This document shows, one piece after another, positions 50,600-62,999 of a DNA stretch of 64,000 nt (position 1 is its first letter; each line of letters begins with the position of its first letter). The notes beneath the pieces were generated by a model. That model saw only the letters and a list, made by a program, of their open reading frames with translations, was not told the DNA's origin and made no database searches. The position numbers and the translations under genes are program-made. Origin of the DNA: Octopus sinensis (Eukaryota); the NCBI RefSeq assembly GCF_006345805.1, contig NW_021835958.1, positions 62,001-126,000 of the forward strand. The letters are read 5' to 3'.

Positions 50600-51741
50600 T
50601 TGTGAGTCTCAGGACGTCAGCAGGAATTTCCTGAAATGCAAGCAAATTCCCAAAACTTCTATCCTAGAGTTAAGGAAGTTCCCCGGGTAGAGGGAGTCCT
50701 TTAATATCGTCGTTCGTTCAGCTATGCACAGCGTGCAACGCTTGATCCCATTGATGTAGGGTATGGATTTTCTAGGATCTTCCATGATATTACATGTGGA
50801 GTTCCTTCATCTTCCAGCCACCACACATTGCTGGCTAAGGACGTTGCATATCTCCTCTCTGGGGGATCTTAAATGAGGATCTGTGGTTGGAGAGGCACTG
50901 CTTGAGCGTGATTCCGGAACATTCGATGTATCTTCGTGTGTGGGTGTTGACGTTGACACTGTTTCTGTTGACGTTGACGCTGCTGCTTCCGAAGTTGTTG
51001 GTGCTGCTGGTGTTGTTGGTATTGTTGCTGGCATCGTTAATGCTGGCGTTGGTGTTGGTGCTGGCGCCCCCAGTGCTGTTAATACTGACATAGGGAACAT
51101 CATCGGTAGTGGTGCTATAGCCATAGCCGTAGCTGTTGTTGGATCTGTTGTCGGCGCTATAGTGGTGGCTGAAGTTATCGCTGTTATTATTATTGTTATC
51201 ACTAGTGATGTTGCTGCTGCTATTTCTGCAAAAGTTGCTGCTGTTGCCATTGGGACTGACATACCTGCTACTGTAGTAGTCGTTGGGAAAAGTGTTGCTG
51301 TTGCTACTAGGATGGGCTACCACCTCAGCTTCGTAGACGACTCCCTTCGTTTTGCCATGGACTTCCACTGGGCATCTGCTGTAGTCAATGCATAAGCATC
51401 TCACATCCGTTCATGGTCGAGGACTGTTCACTAGATTGCTCCTAATATTAAACAGACCCATAGGTTGTGTCTGCTGAAAATGCATCCGTACCTATGTGAT
51501 CGTGTGAAGTGTTTCTCTACTGGCCTAAGGAATATCCCGCTTACGTTGAGCTAGATGTGGAGTGCAAACCAAATGATATTTCTGCGGCACTTTCTTATGC
51601 AGGTGTTAAGGCCCGGCATATAGAAGATGTAATCCCTAAACCTGCTAGCAGCTAGGGCCTCCCTCGTTATATTTGGGGGCTGCATCAAAATCTTGTGGCT
51701 AGGGGAAAGGTTTGCGATCCTCTTAGTAACACCCTTCACCA

Positions 51742-51745
<4 letters not shown>
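50600..51745 (-). mobile_element. PLE 3' half (thumb, RNIIWF linker, GIY-YIG) with a long in-frame low-complexity insert
   Basis: KRIANLS; RRNIIWF; EKHF..SH; CP; VVYEAEV...RRYIE..TLKQ..SNHRSSF; LASNVWWL...ISWKIL; RCTLC; LNSRIE...CLH. Confidence 0.82.
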
Positions 51746-51835
<90 letters not shown>

Positions 51836-51912
51836 GTGTGTGTATATATATATATATATATAATATATATGTGTGTGTATATATATATATATATATATGT
51901 AAATTAAATAAT

Positions 51913-52590
51913 AAGGGTAGAAATTGATGTTAATAAATTAAAACCAGTGGCTTAGCATATTTAAAAAAATCCGAAGATTAAAAAGTGTGTTACATACAAA
52001 ATTTAGAGGAATGACCACTAAAGTGGACACCCTTTATGCTAAACATAGACGTCAAATCGTCATTACCACGAAGAATGTGTTCTCAAGAAAAATCTCAGCA
52101 TAAAACCAAAATTTAAAAATAAGCGAGACAAATGAAAATATACAAAATAAAAAATGATTACCAATATACCATTATTTTCACTTGTTAATATTTACGTATA
52201 TGAACACGCAAATATCTGCAAGATCATCAGCATAGTCTGTCGTTTACAAAGCATGATTTCCGGCGCTCTGAGATTGGAAATTACTCTGCAGTTAATAAAT
52301 TACAGAAGCCAATTTACCGGTTAGAAAACATTTTTTTATTTAAAATTAAATATTAAGGGTAGAAATTGATATTAATCAATTAAAACCAGTGGCTTATTTA
52401 AAAAATCCGAAGATTAAAAATTTTGTTACATACAAAATTTAGAGGAATGACCACTAAAGTGGACACCCTTCGTGGTGATGGCGATTTGACGTCTATGTTT
52501 AGCATAAAGGGTGTCCACTTTAGTGGTCAATCCTCTAAATTTTGTATGTAACAGAATTTTTAATCTTCGGATTTTTAAGATATGTAAAAA
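51913..52590. repeat. Two direct copies of an interspersed repeat, the second folded back into a 70-bp-arm hairpin
   Basis: 51913-52085 resembles 52354-52470; 52401-52470 is the reverse complement of 52507-52576; a related reverse-complement fragment lies at ~27205-27290. Confidence 0.85.
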
Positions 52591-52678
52591 GAATGTGCAG
52601 TCTTTCAACCATGCAAAATTTGCATCTCCTTAATCCATTTATATATGTCATAGATTTCTCAACGATGCTCCACTTGAC

Positions 52679-52709
<31 letters not shown>

Positions 52710-53265
52710 ATGAGTGCATGTACACACACACACACGTCTCTACTCCATCCCCACTTCCGTTCCAAAGGTGTACTTTACCTTTATTTCTCGCCTCTTCGCA
52801 CATCTGGCTCTTTTTTCTTTTCCAATAAAGCCCTCTTTCAGTATGCATAGTTTGTATATAACTGAGCGCTCTTTCTCCCCTCTCTCTATTCAAGTACTCT
52901 TGTTTAAACAACAGCTTTTGCAGTTTCTTCTATTTTCCCGACACTGCTTTTGCTAAACATTTCCGCCATGTTCATTTGTATTGCTTTACCTTCAGTGTAA
53001 GACGTTAGTGTTTTTCTTTCTTTGACTTAGTCGTAAAGACTTCAATATTTACAGTTTTCATATCCTTTGTGTCTCGTCCCCAGTATATTACTCCATAATC
53101 CTTTCTGAAGTTAATTGACGTCTTTAATTAGAAATGATCCTATCTTATGGTGTTGAAATCGCAATGGTTCCCAGGAGGGAGTCGATGGAGTCTTCTGCTA
53201 GTTTTGCTTAATTTCTTTTATTCTCTATATTTCCCTCCCCTCTCTCTCACATACAGACATTTACA

Positions 53266-53335
<70 letters not shown>

Positions 53336-53539
53336 GCACACACACACACGCACGCGCACTTACACACACACACAAATACACACAGACACACACGCACATT
53401 CACACACATACATATACTACACACACTCGCACACGCACTCACACACCCATAACGTAATTATTATTTATTACGAAAACCTCCCAAACCTGCTCTACTCGTC
53501 ACCTCATTGTTTCTCAATCTGTCCTTGTAAAGGATGTCC

Positions 53540-53860
53540 ATCACTGGACTGTGGCCATCCTGGATATCCGCCATCAGTTATATTACGCTTTCCTAACTTA
53601 AAAAATCTCCCCTGATATGTGGCATTTGCTGAATGAGGAATTTTGATTCTTTACCTTCATTTGTGTCTCCTGGCGCGAGGCAGGTTCATCCGGAAATCTT
53701 GACAGGAAGAGATCTGGTTTTGTTTTGAGGCACCAACATCCACTCCATGCAAGTTTCTCATGCTTTTTGCTTTTTAGTAGGATATTGAATAACTGTGGGC
53801 CCTTGAAACAAGAGCTGTTGTAGTATCTGGAACTGTTGCAGTATCTGCGAGAATTTCGAG
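53540..53860 (-). mobile_element. CR1-type LINE 3' fragment
   Basis: FKGPQLFNIL...PDEPASRQETQ, with a 3' UTR resembling 26150-26400. Confidence 0.75.
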
Positions 53861-53879
53861 GCTAATTACTATCTGGTAA

Positions 53880-54980
53880 TAAGGCGAAGCTAGGTAATCA
53901 TCTATCTTCCTTCAAGGATAGAGGCAAATGCATAACACAAGCTTAAGTCGATTTATATGGTGCACTAAATTTGATATAAAATGGGAAATTATTGGGGCAG
54001 TACCTTACAAAATTGTGAGTAAGAAATATTTCATATCTTCCAATTATTGAATAATAAACAACCCGGCTAAATCCGAGATCGACCTGGCGAGCAATCACAT
54101 ACTGGGGGACATTAACAACGATATGAGAGCCACCAACCCTTCCCTTACATGATTTAATATCAACAACGGGATGGGCAGAGCAAGGTTCACCCAGTTCGAC
54201 ATTGTCGATTTTTTTCCACTTCTATATCGAAAGGGTTACTGGTCAAGGCATTTTCCTTCGCTAGGGACTTTACTGATATTAGCGATAGGGACATAGATGT
54301 CATTGTGCACGCCTTGAAAACGGTACTGTTCAATAAAGGTTCGACCTGGGTCAAGCCAGCAGACTCCGTGGCAGCGGAGGCCTGCAATAGTGCTGATGTA
54401 TGCAACCGCATTAGATGTGTATCATGGATACCCTAAAGAAGAAATTAACATCTGTCCTCTTTCGTCTCTACAGAGATGACGCCCGGGCTATCTCTAGAGG
54501 AGCTAACAGGAGCATCCTAGATAGGCACACTTAGCACCATGAGACTGAAAATTACAATCGAGATCAACCTCACCACCGCAGACTTCTTAAACGTCACGTT
54601 CGATTTTGGCCTTGGTACATACAGGCCCTAAAGGCGGTGAGCTGGGCGAAATGCTTAGCGGTATTTCGTCTGGCGCTACATTCTGAGTTCAAATTCCGCC
54701 GAGGTCGACTTTGCCTTTCATCCTTTCGGGGTCGATTGAATAGGTACCAGTTACGCACTGGAGTCGATATAATAAACTTAATCCGTTTGTCTGTCCTTGT
54801 TTATCCTCTCTGTGTTTAGCCCCTTGTGGGTAGTAAAGAAATAGGTGCATACAGGCCCTGCCGCAAGTCAAACGAGAAACGGGCATGTATCAACACAGCC
54901 TCCTGCCAACCACCGATCGTGTTCAAAAACCTGGTGAACAGTGTCAGCAAGAGGATCTCGAACATGTTCTCTAGCCAAGG
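53880..54980 (+). mobile_element. PLE fragments: GIY-YIG C-terminal piece (53880-54025) fused to an RT (54025-54980)
   Basis: LGNHLSSFK...TSLSRFIW..FDIKWEII..VPYK, then PAKSEI, QFDIVDFF, LYRDD, LKITIE, FLNVTFD, TYRP, KRISN. Confidence 0.8.
54630..54847 (+). mobile_element. SINE family B inserted in the PLE RT with a 12-bp TSD
   Basis: catacaggccct at 54618-54629 and 54848-54859. Confidence 0.92.
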
Positions 54981-54984
54981 TGTT

Positions 54985-55060
54985 AGGACAATTCGTCCCC
55001 GGCCAATTCGTCGTTGATTAATTCATCCGTATGTCAATTCGTCGCTGGCCAATTCGTCCC
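54985..55060. repeat. 15-bp-period aattcgtc array (5 copies), possibly a DNA-transposon terminus
   Basis: Motif at 54989, 55004, 55019, 55035 and 55050. Confidence 0.6.
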
Positions 55061-55253
55061 AAAATACTCTTTACGAGGGAAAGTTTAGAACAATCACTGT
55101 GGTTGAAGCCAATGGCGACGTTATTAAATGAATTTACTCTTTAATATTTCAAGATACTTTTATGTAGTTTTAGTAAATATATCTGTTAAAAAATGTGATG
55201 TCTGTGTTATTTTCATTTTTGCGTAATTTAGACGACAGTTTCTTCACCGCACC

Positions 55254-55355
<102 letters not shown>

Positions 55356-56649
55356 GGTTTGGAGATGATGTACAGATATTATATATTAAAAGAAATGCGG
55401 TACTAGTGGAGTCTAGAGTGGACGAAAGTACTAATATATGATATATGATTTATAAAAACATGTAACATACTAATAAATATCTGTAAACATAAAACCATCC
55501 AGATTTCTGAGTACCTCATTTCTTCTAACACACACACATATATATATATATATATATGAATACGACCTATACTGTAGAAGCAGTTCTATAGTAAAAACAT
55601 TATAAGTATAACATACATAACGTATGTGTGTAGTTGAAAAGCCAGACGCTGCGGGTTTTGTCAGGAAACAATACTTTTATAGACATTTTGTCTTCAAAAG
55701 CAATAGACTTCAGAGCTGGGCGAAATGAAATCGCCGCGGAAATGACCGCGCGAGCTGCAGATACGTATTCCGCCGTTCACAGGTTCTTCAACCATGTTTG
55801 CGTATACATATATGATTATCAATAGATGCAATTTTTAAATATGTATGCTTACTAAGTGTGTGTGTGTGTGTGTGTGTGTGAGTGTGTCTGTGCGTATACG
55901 TATTATTTTTATTCGTCTTCTCATATCGTCTGATGACCCTCGAATCTGCTTACTGCAATTAATATCGGTTTCTTAGTAACAGGATTTTGTTATCAGTTTA
56001 ACAAACTACTCGGCGCTCTGTATATAAAGCAAGAAGAAAAGAACAAACCTCACAAAATAGAAGCAAGTTTCAACACAAATACACATGCACGCACAGACAC
56101 ACACACACACGCAGACCCTTACATGCGCGCGCGCGCGAACACACACACACACACACAAATATATGAGCACATACATTCACGCACGCACAAATCATCTCAT
56201 TCAATTAAAGTCTAAACAAATACACTTTATATAAGTTGAATAAACAGCCGAAGTGAAATAAAAGAAAACTTGCCGCTGCTGCCACTGACCACCAATCCCC
56301 CTGCCCAACCTCCTCCTCCTCCTAATGCTACTACTAGTAGTACAAGTAGAAGTAGTAGCAGTAGTAATTTCTTTTATTGGCCACAAGAGCTCAACACATG
56401 GAGAACAATATCAAGGGACGAGATACAACGCACAACACAGGAGGGGCTTACATCGATCAAGGCGGACGCTACAATATTAAAGGATATAACAAAATGATAT
56501 ATTAATAAAAATTAGAAAAATAAATAATTAATAAATAGAATCTCGAATAGCAGGGTAGTCCACTTTGGGTAATTGGGGGTAAACTCCACTTCAAAAGTCT
56601 CGGGTTACTCTGCTATCACCAAGGCATAAAAAGTGCCATCATACAGTTT

Positions 56650-57565
56650 CTTTTCTCCTATTTAGAAAATCATACTCAGATTAGATCCATTCAACTTCAC
56701 CAGTCTTGTCACTCCTGTCTACCGTTTGATAAACACACGAGAAAGCAATACCTCCTTCTCTACCCTCACCTTTCTCTTCGGATGATATCTGAAGAAACTG
56801 ATGTGAGCTTGGCCAGGTAGGAAAGTACAAGTATTCAAATCTTTCAGAGGGCTCCACCACACAACCACTTTTGTCACAACTACTAAGCAGAGAAAGGTCC
56901 ACTCTGCTTCTTTGCTAAAGGAAGGTGATGTGTCGATCTTCATTATACAATCAGCGGACAGCTGGATTCGTTTTACACGCGACAGTAACTGCTTAACACA
57001 TTCCCACAAATTTCTAATGTACGGACACAGAACGACTGCTTGCAGGTTCGGTTGTTGGTATTTCCATGCCTGAAGGACTTAAGGCAATGTCCCCAGTAGC
57101 ACTGCCATGCCAAAGATTTTGGAAATTGTCCATGATCTTCCACCCGAAAGTCCTGCGGAAGAGACAACTCTCGCTGTTCTGGTCGATGCCCAAAGCCAAT
57201 GCTAGACTATCGTCGTTCCTACCCCTAACTAGCACCCTATAGAAACCTAGAGATGTTTTCCCACAAACGGCTTTGTCCAGCTTCTACAATACAGAGAGCG
57301 CTTAACGGAATTCTTGACGCCAGACACCCAGTCTTGTTGTACATTTGACTCATGATTGCAACTCAGTCAATGAGATGAGCTGCGGAAAGACTTGTCGCAC
57401 GAAGAGCACCCACAGCACTCCGCCTATGTTTTCTTCGCCGTCATTCACGTCACCGCAGCAATTTAGATATTTCTGCAGGTGCATCAGCCTCAATGCGTGG
57501 CGACGCATCATCAAGGACAACATCCCAAAACCACTAAGTTGTGACATCAGGTGGATTTTCTGACC
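56650..57565 (-). mobile_element. Tx1/L1-clade LINE 3' fragment
   Basis: SLAWQCY..RHGN..RTC; WECVKQLLSRVKRIQLSADCIMKI...VVWW..FFRYH.KRKVRVEK; homologous to 6620-6840. Confidence 0.72.
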
Positions 57566-57639
57566 CTTCCATAATAATTGGAAAATAAGCGCTCCAATCT
57601 GGGCAGAGCTTTCTTGGGACAAAGTACAACGACGAGGTG

Positions 57640-57940
57640 GTAGTAAACTACCTGGGTGATGTATGCCTTCGCTACTTTGGCCAGGTTGTCACTCATCTGT
57701 CTCGCTTTATGACTACGAAGATGACTCTTGAGTCCAGCTTTACTGAGGCAGGGTCTTGCACAGACATTGCATGTCAGCATCAAAGGATGACCCTTCCCTT
57801 CTGGAAGTGTAACAGCGATGCTCTTCCTGACATCCCTCCTTACTTTCTCATGTGCAACTCGAGATTTCTCAATAGTGGCTGCCCCCTCATGCACAATCCT
57901 TCTCCACCTGCTACGATCAATAGCTATGCCTTCCCATGTG
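57640..57940 (-). mobile_element. RTE-clade LINE C-terminal fragment with C2H2-like finger
   Basis: TCNVCARPCLSKAGLKSHLRSH, preceded by HEGAATIEKSR. Confidence 0.75.
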
Positions 57941-58059
57941 TCAGGAGAGATGCAAGCATATATATATATATATATTATATATATATATATATATTATATA
58001 TATATATAATATACATACATATGTACATACATACATACATACATACATACATACATACA

Positions 58060-58095
<36 letters not shown>

Positions 58096-58109
58096 TGTAT
58101 ATATTTATG

Positions 58110-58990
58110 TCTTTTCTATTTTTAATTATTATAAAACTTCCATTGAGGATGGAGCCGGTTTCCAACCAAGATACAAGGCTCCATCTTTGGGATGTAAACA
58201 CAGACAGATTCACATTTGGAACTTGAGAAAAGTCTTGCATATTTTTACTGTTCCACTAATAATTTAGAATCAGCCGGACAATTTCTCTTTCTGAAAATCC
58301 CAGTTTAATCAGATTCTCATTTAAGCATTTACTAATTATTATTAGTCCTCCACTTATTATTGGAATGAATATGAATTCATAGTCTGGATACAGAAGCTGG
58401 AGGTTTTGAAGCAGTTGTCCATAAATATCCTCTTTTTCTTTGATTTTCAAAGAGATATTTATATCTGTAGGGTAGCTAAACTCTATGATGGTACATAATT
58501 TTACCCCACTGTCACAAACAACAATATCCAGCCTGTTGTGTTTACACTTGTCTGAAGTTTTGATGGGAATATTCCACCAGTATTCCTTGAGTTGGTGTTT
58601 ATGAATGTATTCCATAACAGAGGGATTTTCTACGTTTATTTCAGGACAGCCTTTCTTGCGGATGACATTGTAAATTGTTTTAGTAACCAAATCGTGCTGC
58701 ATAAGGAGTTAGTACCGTGACGACATTTTAGGATAGCTGCTAATCACATGCGTAATGTCTTCCACAGAAACATGACATAGCCTACACATGCGGTTGCAGC
58801 TTGGGATTGCAAGAGTGTCACTGTCTCTCTTGTTTACCAGTCACTTTGTGACAATCTCCTATCCTGGCTTGGAAACGCATAGCCTTTAAAGTGTGATGTG
58901 ATGTAGTGGTCTTGTGTCCAAGAGAGGCTGAGGAGAGTTCCGACTGCCATATATCCTTAAGTCTAGTGTAATATTCTCGGGTCACTCTAT
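58110..58990 (-). mobile_element. Divergent R4-clade element 3' part (CCHC + REL), lying between (ATAC)n and (TATG)n tracts
   Basis: CRLCHVSVEDITHVISS; HNRLDIVV..TIIEFSYP..KEKEDIY; 3' UTR resembles 63000-63085. Confidence 0.8.
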
Positions 58991-59049
58991 CTATATTCAC
59001 TGTTTTCATATGATACATTTTCGTCTATACCTAAGTACTTGTAACATTC

Positions 59050-59124
59050 TTGTATGTATGCATGCATATATGTATGTATGTATTTATGTATGTATGTATG
59101 TATGTATGTATGTATGTATGTATG

Positions 59125-59158
<34 letters not shown>

Positions 59159-59223
59159 TGTATATATGCATATATGTATGTATGTATGTATATGTTTGTA
59201 TGTATGTATTCTTGTATGTGTGT

Positions 59224-59291
<68 letters not shown>

Positions 59292-59292
59292 A

Positions 59293-59345
<53 letters not shown>

Positions 59346-59390
59346 GTGTATGTATGCATACACAAACACATATACATACATACATACATG
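59050..59390. repeat. (TATG)n/(TATC)n compound microsatellite
   Basis: Direct reading. Confidence 0.95.
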
Positions 59391-60084
59391 CATACACACA
59401 TATTGTAGCAACAAAAACCAAACAAAAGTAAAAGAGAACGTGATAAAGATGACAAATAGAAATCATAAAGATAATGAATAAACAAAGAGGAAGAATGAAA
59501 GAAGGAATAGAAGAAACCATAATATAAGATGGCTACGAGAAGTGGCATGGGCAACTTATTTCAGTCATTGGATGATTTATAGCTGTCACTTAGCTACATC
59601 GCTTTTACTAATGATAAATAAACATTTATGATGGTAAACATCAGACGACATCGTCACCGCCGTAATGTTTTGGAGTGAGTTTGCAGTGTTTGTTGGAAGG
59701 CTACTTGTCTGTTTGACTTAGGAAACGTTTTCTTGTCTTCTAAATAATAACCAATAATTTTGTCAGAGGTTAGCGGTTGATACTGAAGTACTTAGACATA
59801 GTGGCGGCCTGTTTATAACATCATAGGTCAGTCAACGATCGTTTTAATTATTTAAGCAAAAATGAGCTGAGAGAAATAGTTGAGAGCGGCCAGTGGTATG
59901 TATTTGAACAACATAGACAAATACAGGTATATGAAATACCATCCAACATAAATTCTTAACTAATTAGAGTTATTTCCGCCTCCACTTGAGGAGGGGAGAT
60001 AATCTCAAGATTTTAGAATTCTCCAACGTTGACCTGCCATTCAGAAAAAGAACAGACTTATTGTTTGAAGATAAGAGAAAAGGA

Positions 60085-60159
<75 letters not shown>

Positions 60160-60165
<6 letters not shown>

Positions 60166-60640
60166 ACGCGCTTATAACTCACGGAACACATGATATTGAA
60201 CAGTTCCAGTTGGTGGCCATTTACTCTGACCACTGAGCAAATGTCGCCATATATTGTGGTAATCTAGCTTCTGAAAACGGGACCTAATCCACCCATTTTC
60301 AAGGCAGCTGCCAAGTATTGACGGTTGACTCTGTCGAAAAGCTTTTGACTGATCTAAATTGTCAAGTTCTTTACTTACCTTTTTTATGCTGCATCACGTG
60401 CGACGGAGGTTGTAGACAGATCTGTTTGGGATGGTGTAATTTGCGCCTAATATACCAGAGTGTCGATAATAAGCGCCAACCATTCAGCTAACACCTTGCC
60501 AAAATTTCTTCATCGTTGCATCTATCAGATTTACGGGCCCGAAGTTGTTAAAAGCACGCCTCTTGTTCGATCCCTTTCTCAGGAGCACCACTATGCCTCT
60601 TTTTGCAAGACAGGATTCTCCCGTTCTGCCGCTAGTTACA
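60160..60640 (-). mobile_element. Tx1/L1-clade RT fragment
   Basis: GIVVLLRK..NF(R)P; LAE.LALIIDTLV; LDQSKAFDRVN..YL..LK..G.GP.F..ITTIY....VRVNG (with frameshifts). Confidence 0.8.
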
Positions 60641-60743
60641 GTAGTCATCTATTGAGATTCCTCCCAACTAGTGTAGCATATAATGATTCGGCAGACTATC
60701 CACCCCATGGCGACTACTCCTTCGACTAGCTAAAGCTTCGAAA

Positions 60744-61000
60744 CCCTCGTCGCCAGATGTTGTAACGAAATTTGTTACGTACAATAAATAAGATAACCAG
60801 ACAACAGTAAAACAATGTAACGAACTAAAACATCTCTAGGAACTAACAACCAATATTCCTTGTGAACTAACCAACCGACACCTTCCGACTTCACTACGAA
60901 CTAACACGAACTTCCCTCGACTCCGAACTCTGAACTCACTCGGATCGTTACTATTTATACTTTACTCGGACCAGTCTATCTATCGCAAGGGGGCGTCGTA
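60744..61000 (-). mobile_element. LTR retrotransposon remnant: LTR 3' part plus primer-binding site
   Basis: Minus strand ...GTTACAACA-TC-TGGCGACGAG (PBS-like, 60746-60755); TATAAATA box near 60953-60960; no gag/pol seen. Confidence 0.5.
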
Positions 61001-61019
61001 ACTCTCATCATAAGTTTCA

Positions 61020-61555
61020 GTGAGCAGAGTCAAAGACATGGTTGACCTAACTTCATCGGAGGCCACCATCTTGAAATTAGATACAAGGAGTGATTGTATT
61101 ATCACTGAGAAAATATCGCAGAGATATATTCCAAGGAGACAACCCCGCTGTAATACTGTTTATACTTTATGTAAGCCCCTTGTCGTTCATGTTAAGGAAA
61201 TCTGAAGGGTGACTAACTGGTTTTCAAAGAAACAGAAATACCAAAATTACACACTGTGTCTTTGTGGATGACTCGAACGTGTATGTCAAGAATATGCATG
61301 AGATGATAATGAGCCTTGGCCTGGTTACAACGTTCTCAACGGATATAGGGTTGGAGTTTGGTCAGGATAAATGCTGCTATATGGTTGTGAAAAGAGGGGA
61401 AAACTGTAAAGCAGGCTAGCAGCATCTGCATCAGTGACTAAACTTTTCCCCTTATATATGATGAGGGATGTTACAGGTACATAGGGGTAGATGAAAACAT
61501 ATCTTACGATGGTACCTGTACCAAGACACGTGCCACTAAAGAATAATTATCTCAA
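61020..61555 (+). mobile_element. R4-clade RT fragment
   Basis: (G)IFQGD..VILFILYVSPLSFML; THCVFVDD; IGLEFGQDKC; YRYIGVDE. Confidence 0.82.
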
Positions 61556-61944
61556 CAAAAACCACCCCCTATTAATCTTTTTCATACTTACCTTTCCAAA
61601 TTCTTTTAAACCACATCTTCTCACTTCCCTCATAACACCCCACCCTCTTAAGTAGCCTCTTATTTCTCTTCCATACAAAAAGTACTTCATACTACCCCCA
61701 CTTCTTTGGATACTAACCTGTCAACCTCTACCCCTCCCCATTCACTTCCTTCTATTCATGCACCCCCCCTCCAACACCTACCCAATTCCTTTATACCACT
61801 GCTATATTGACTACCAACTCAACCCCACTTTATCCATTCCCTTCCATTTACCCTCATTCCTCTACATACCTTAATACTCTCCCTCAGCCACTGAACGAGC
61901 CAATTTATTTCCCTTAAATATTGGCCATTCCCTTTCTCAATATT

Positions 61945-62278
61945 ACGGAGATGTACTCGCATAGCATGTGATTTGATCTGAGATCGTGTGCTGAAACGAA
62001 AACAATTGCAGCGTGGAAGGTGTTTATAAGCCATTTAAGAAACACACAAAAGCCGTTCGATTCACTTCAACATTTAATTTCAATTTGTCAAAATATTTTC
62101 GTCGCTAAAATCCGCGACCTGTTCACTGATAAAAAAAGAGATGCAGCACGGATTTTTGTCAGTGAACAGGTCGCGGATTTTAGCGACGAAAATATTTTGA
62201 CAAATTAAACGTTGAAGTGAATCGAACGGCTTTTGTGTGTTTCTTAAATGGCTTACAAACACCTTCCACGCTGCAATT
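61945..62278. mobile_element. 334-bp insertion with a 14-bp TSD, mostly a ~120-bp-arm inverted duplication
   Basis: TSD cctttctcaatatt at 61931-61944 and 62279-62292; arms 62004-62129 and 62159-62278. Confidence 0.9.
62155..62204 (+). ncRNA. Hammerhead variant with G3-C8 swapped core (mirror copy on the minus strand at ~62085-62133)
   Basis: Stem I TTTGTCA/TGACAAA (7 WC pairs); core GTGAACA; extra G; stem II GTCGC/GCGAC; GAAA; self-complementary stem III AATATT; UUU triplet. Confidence 0.6.
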
Positions 62279-62804
62279 CCTTTCTCAATATTTCAACCAT
62301 TAATTCTATACCATTCATACCAACTAACACAAAAGACTACCATTCACATACGGCCTACAGCACCTCCCCTCTTCCTCCTACTTTCCACCTCTGCTACTAT
62401 AACTCCCTACTATTAACCCCCCTCACTCCTGATATCTATTTTCTCCTCTCATCGTTGCCTATCTGAATACCTCCCCAACTCCCCCTTAGCTCTCCGCGAA
62501 ATCATTCCATCTTTGAACTCCTTACCTCAAACGTAAGATCTCTTCCCTGAAGACAGAGGCTCGTCTCATCCTATGATGGAATCAATCTACAAACATTATC
62601 TTGGATCGCCGAGCCCCCACATATGTAATACTTTTTCCCAACCCCTTTAATTCTCGATTTCATTTGTATTCTGTGTAAGTCGGACACTTTTTCCTACGTA
62701 AACATATATACATTTTTTTCTATACATTTCTTGTATTTCATGTACTAATATAGTAAAACTTTATATATTGATCTGTCTAACTTGCGTATCTCTTTCTCTT
62801 TATC

Positions 62805-62940
62805 TCTTTTACATGTTTCAGTCATTTGACTGCGGCCATGCTGGAGCACCGCCTTTAGTCGAGCAAATCGACCCCGGGACTTATTCTTTGTAAGCCCAGT
62901 ACTTATTCTATCGGTCTCTTTTGCCGAACCGCTAAGTAAT
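62805..62940 (-). mobile_element. SINE 3' segment with CR1-like tail
   Basis: Reverse complement reads ggcggtgctccagcatggccgcagtcaaatgactgaaacatgtaaaaga. Confidence 0.85.
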
Positions 62941-62999
62941 GTATTCCTACATTTATTTCTACTTACTATATATGTATGCATGTATATATGTATGTATGT

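Noticed and set aside
54985-55060. Regularly spaced short repeats resembling a CRISPR array
   Set aside because: The period is only 15 bp with ~6-bp spacers in a eukaryotic context; more like transposon subterminal repeats
61560-62620. C/T-rich sequence with a CTGAAGA motif (62548) as a further PLE 3' end
   Set aside because: Too decayed; no clear protein motif, and GAAA is absent from the expected position
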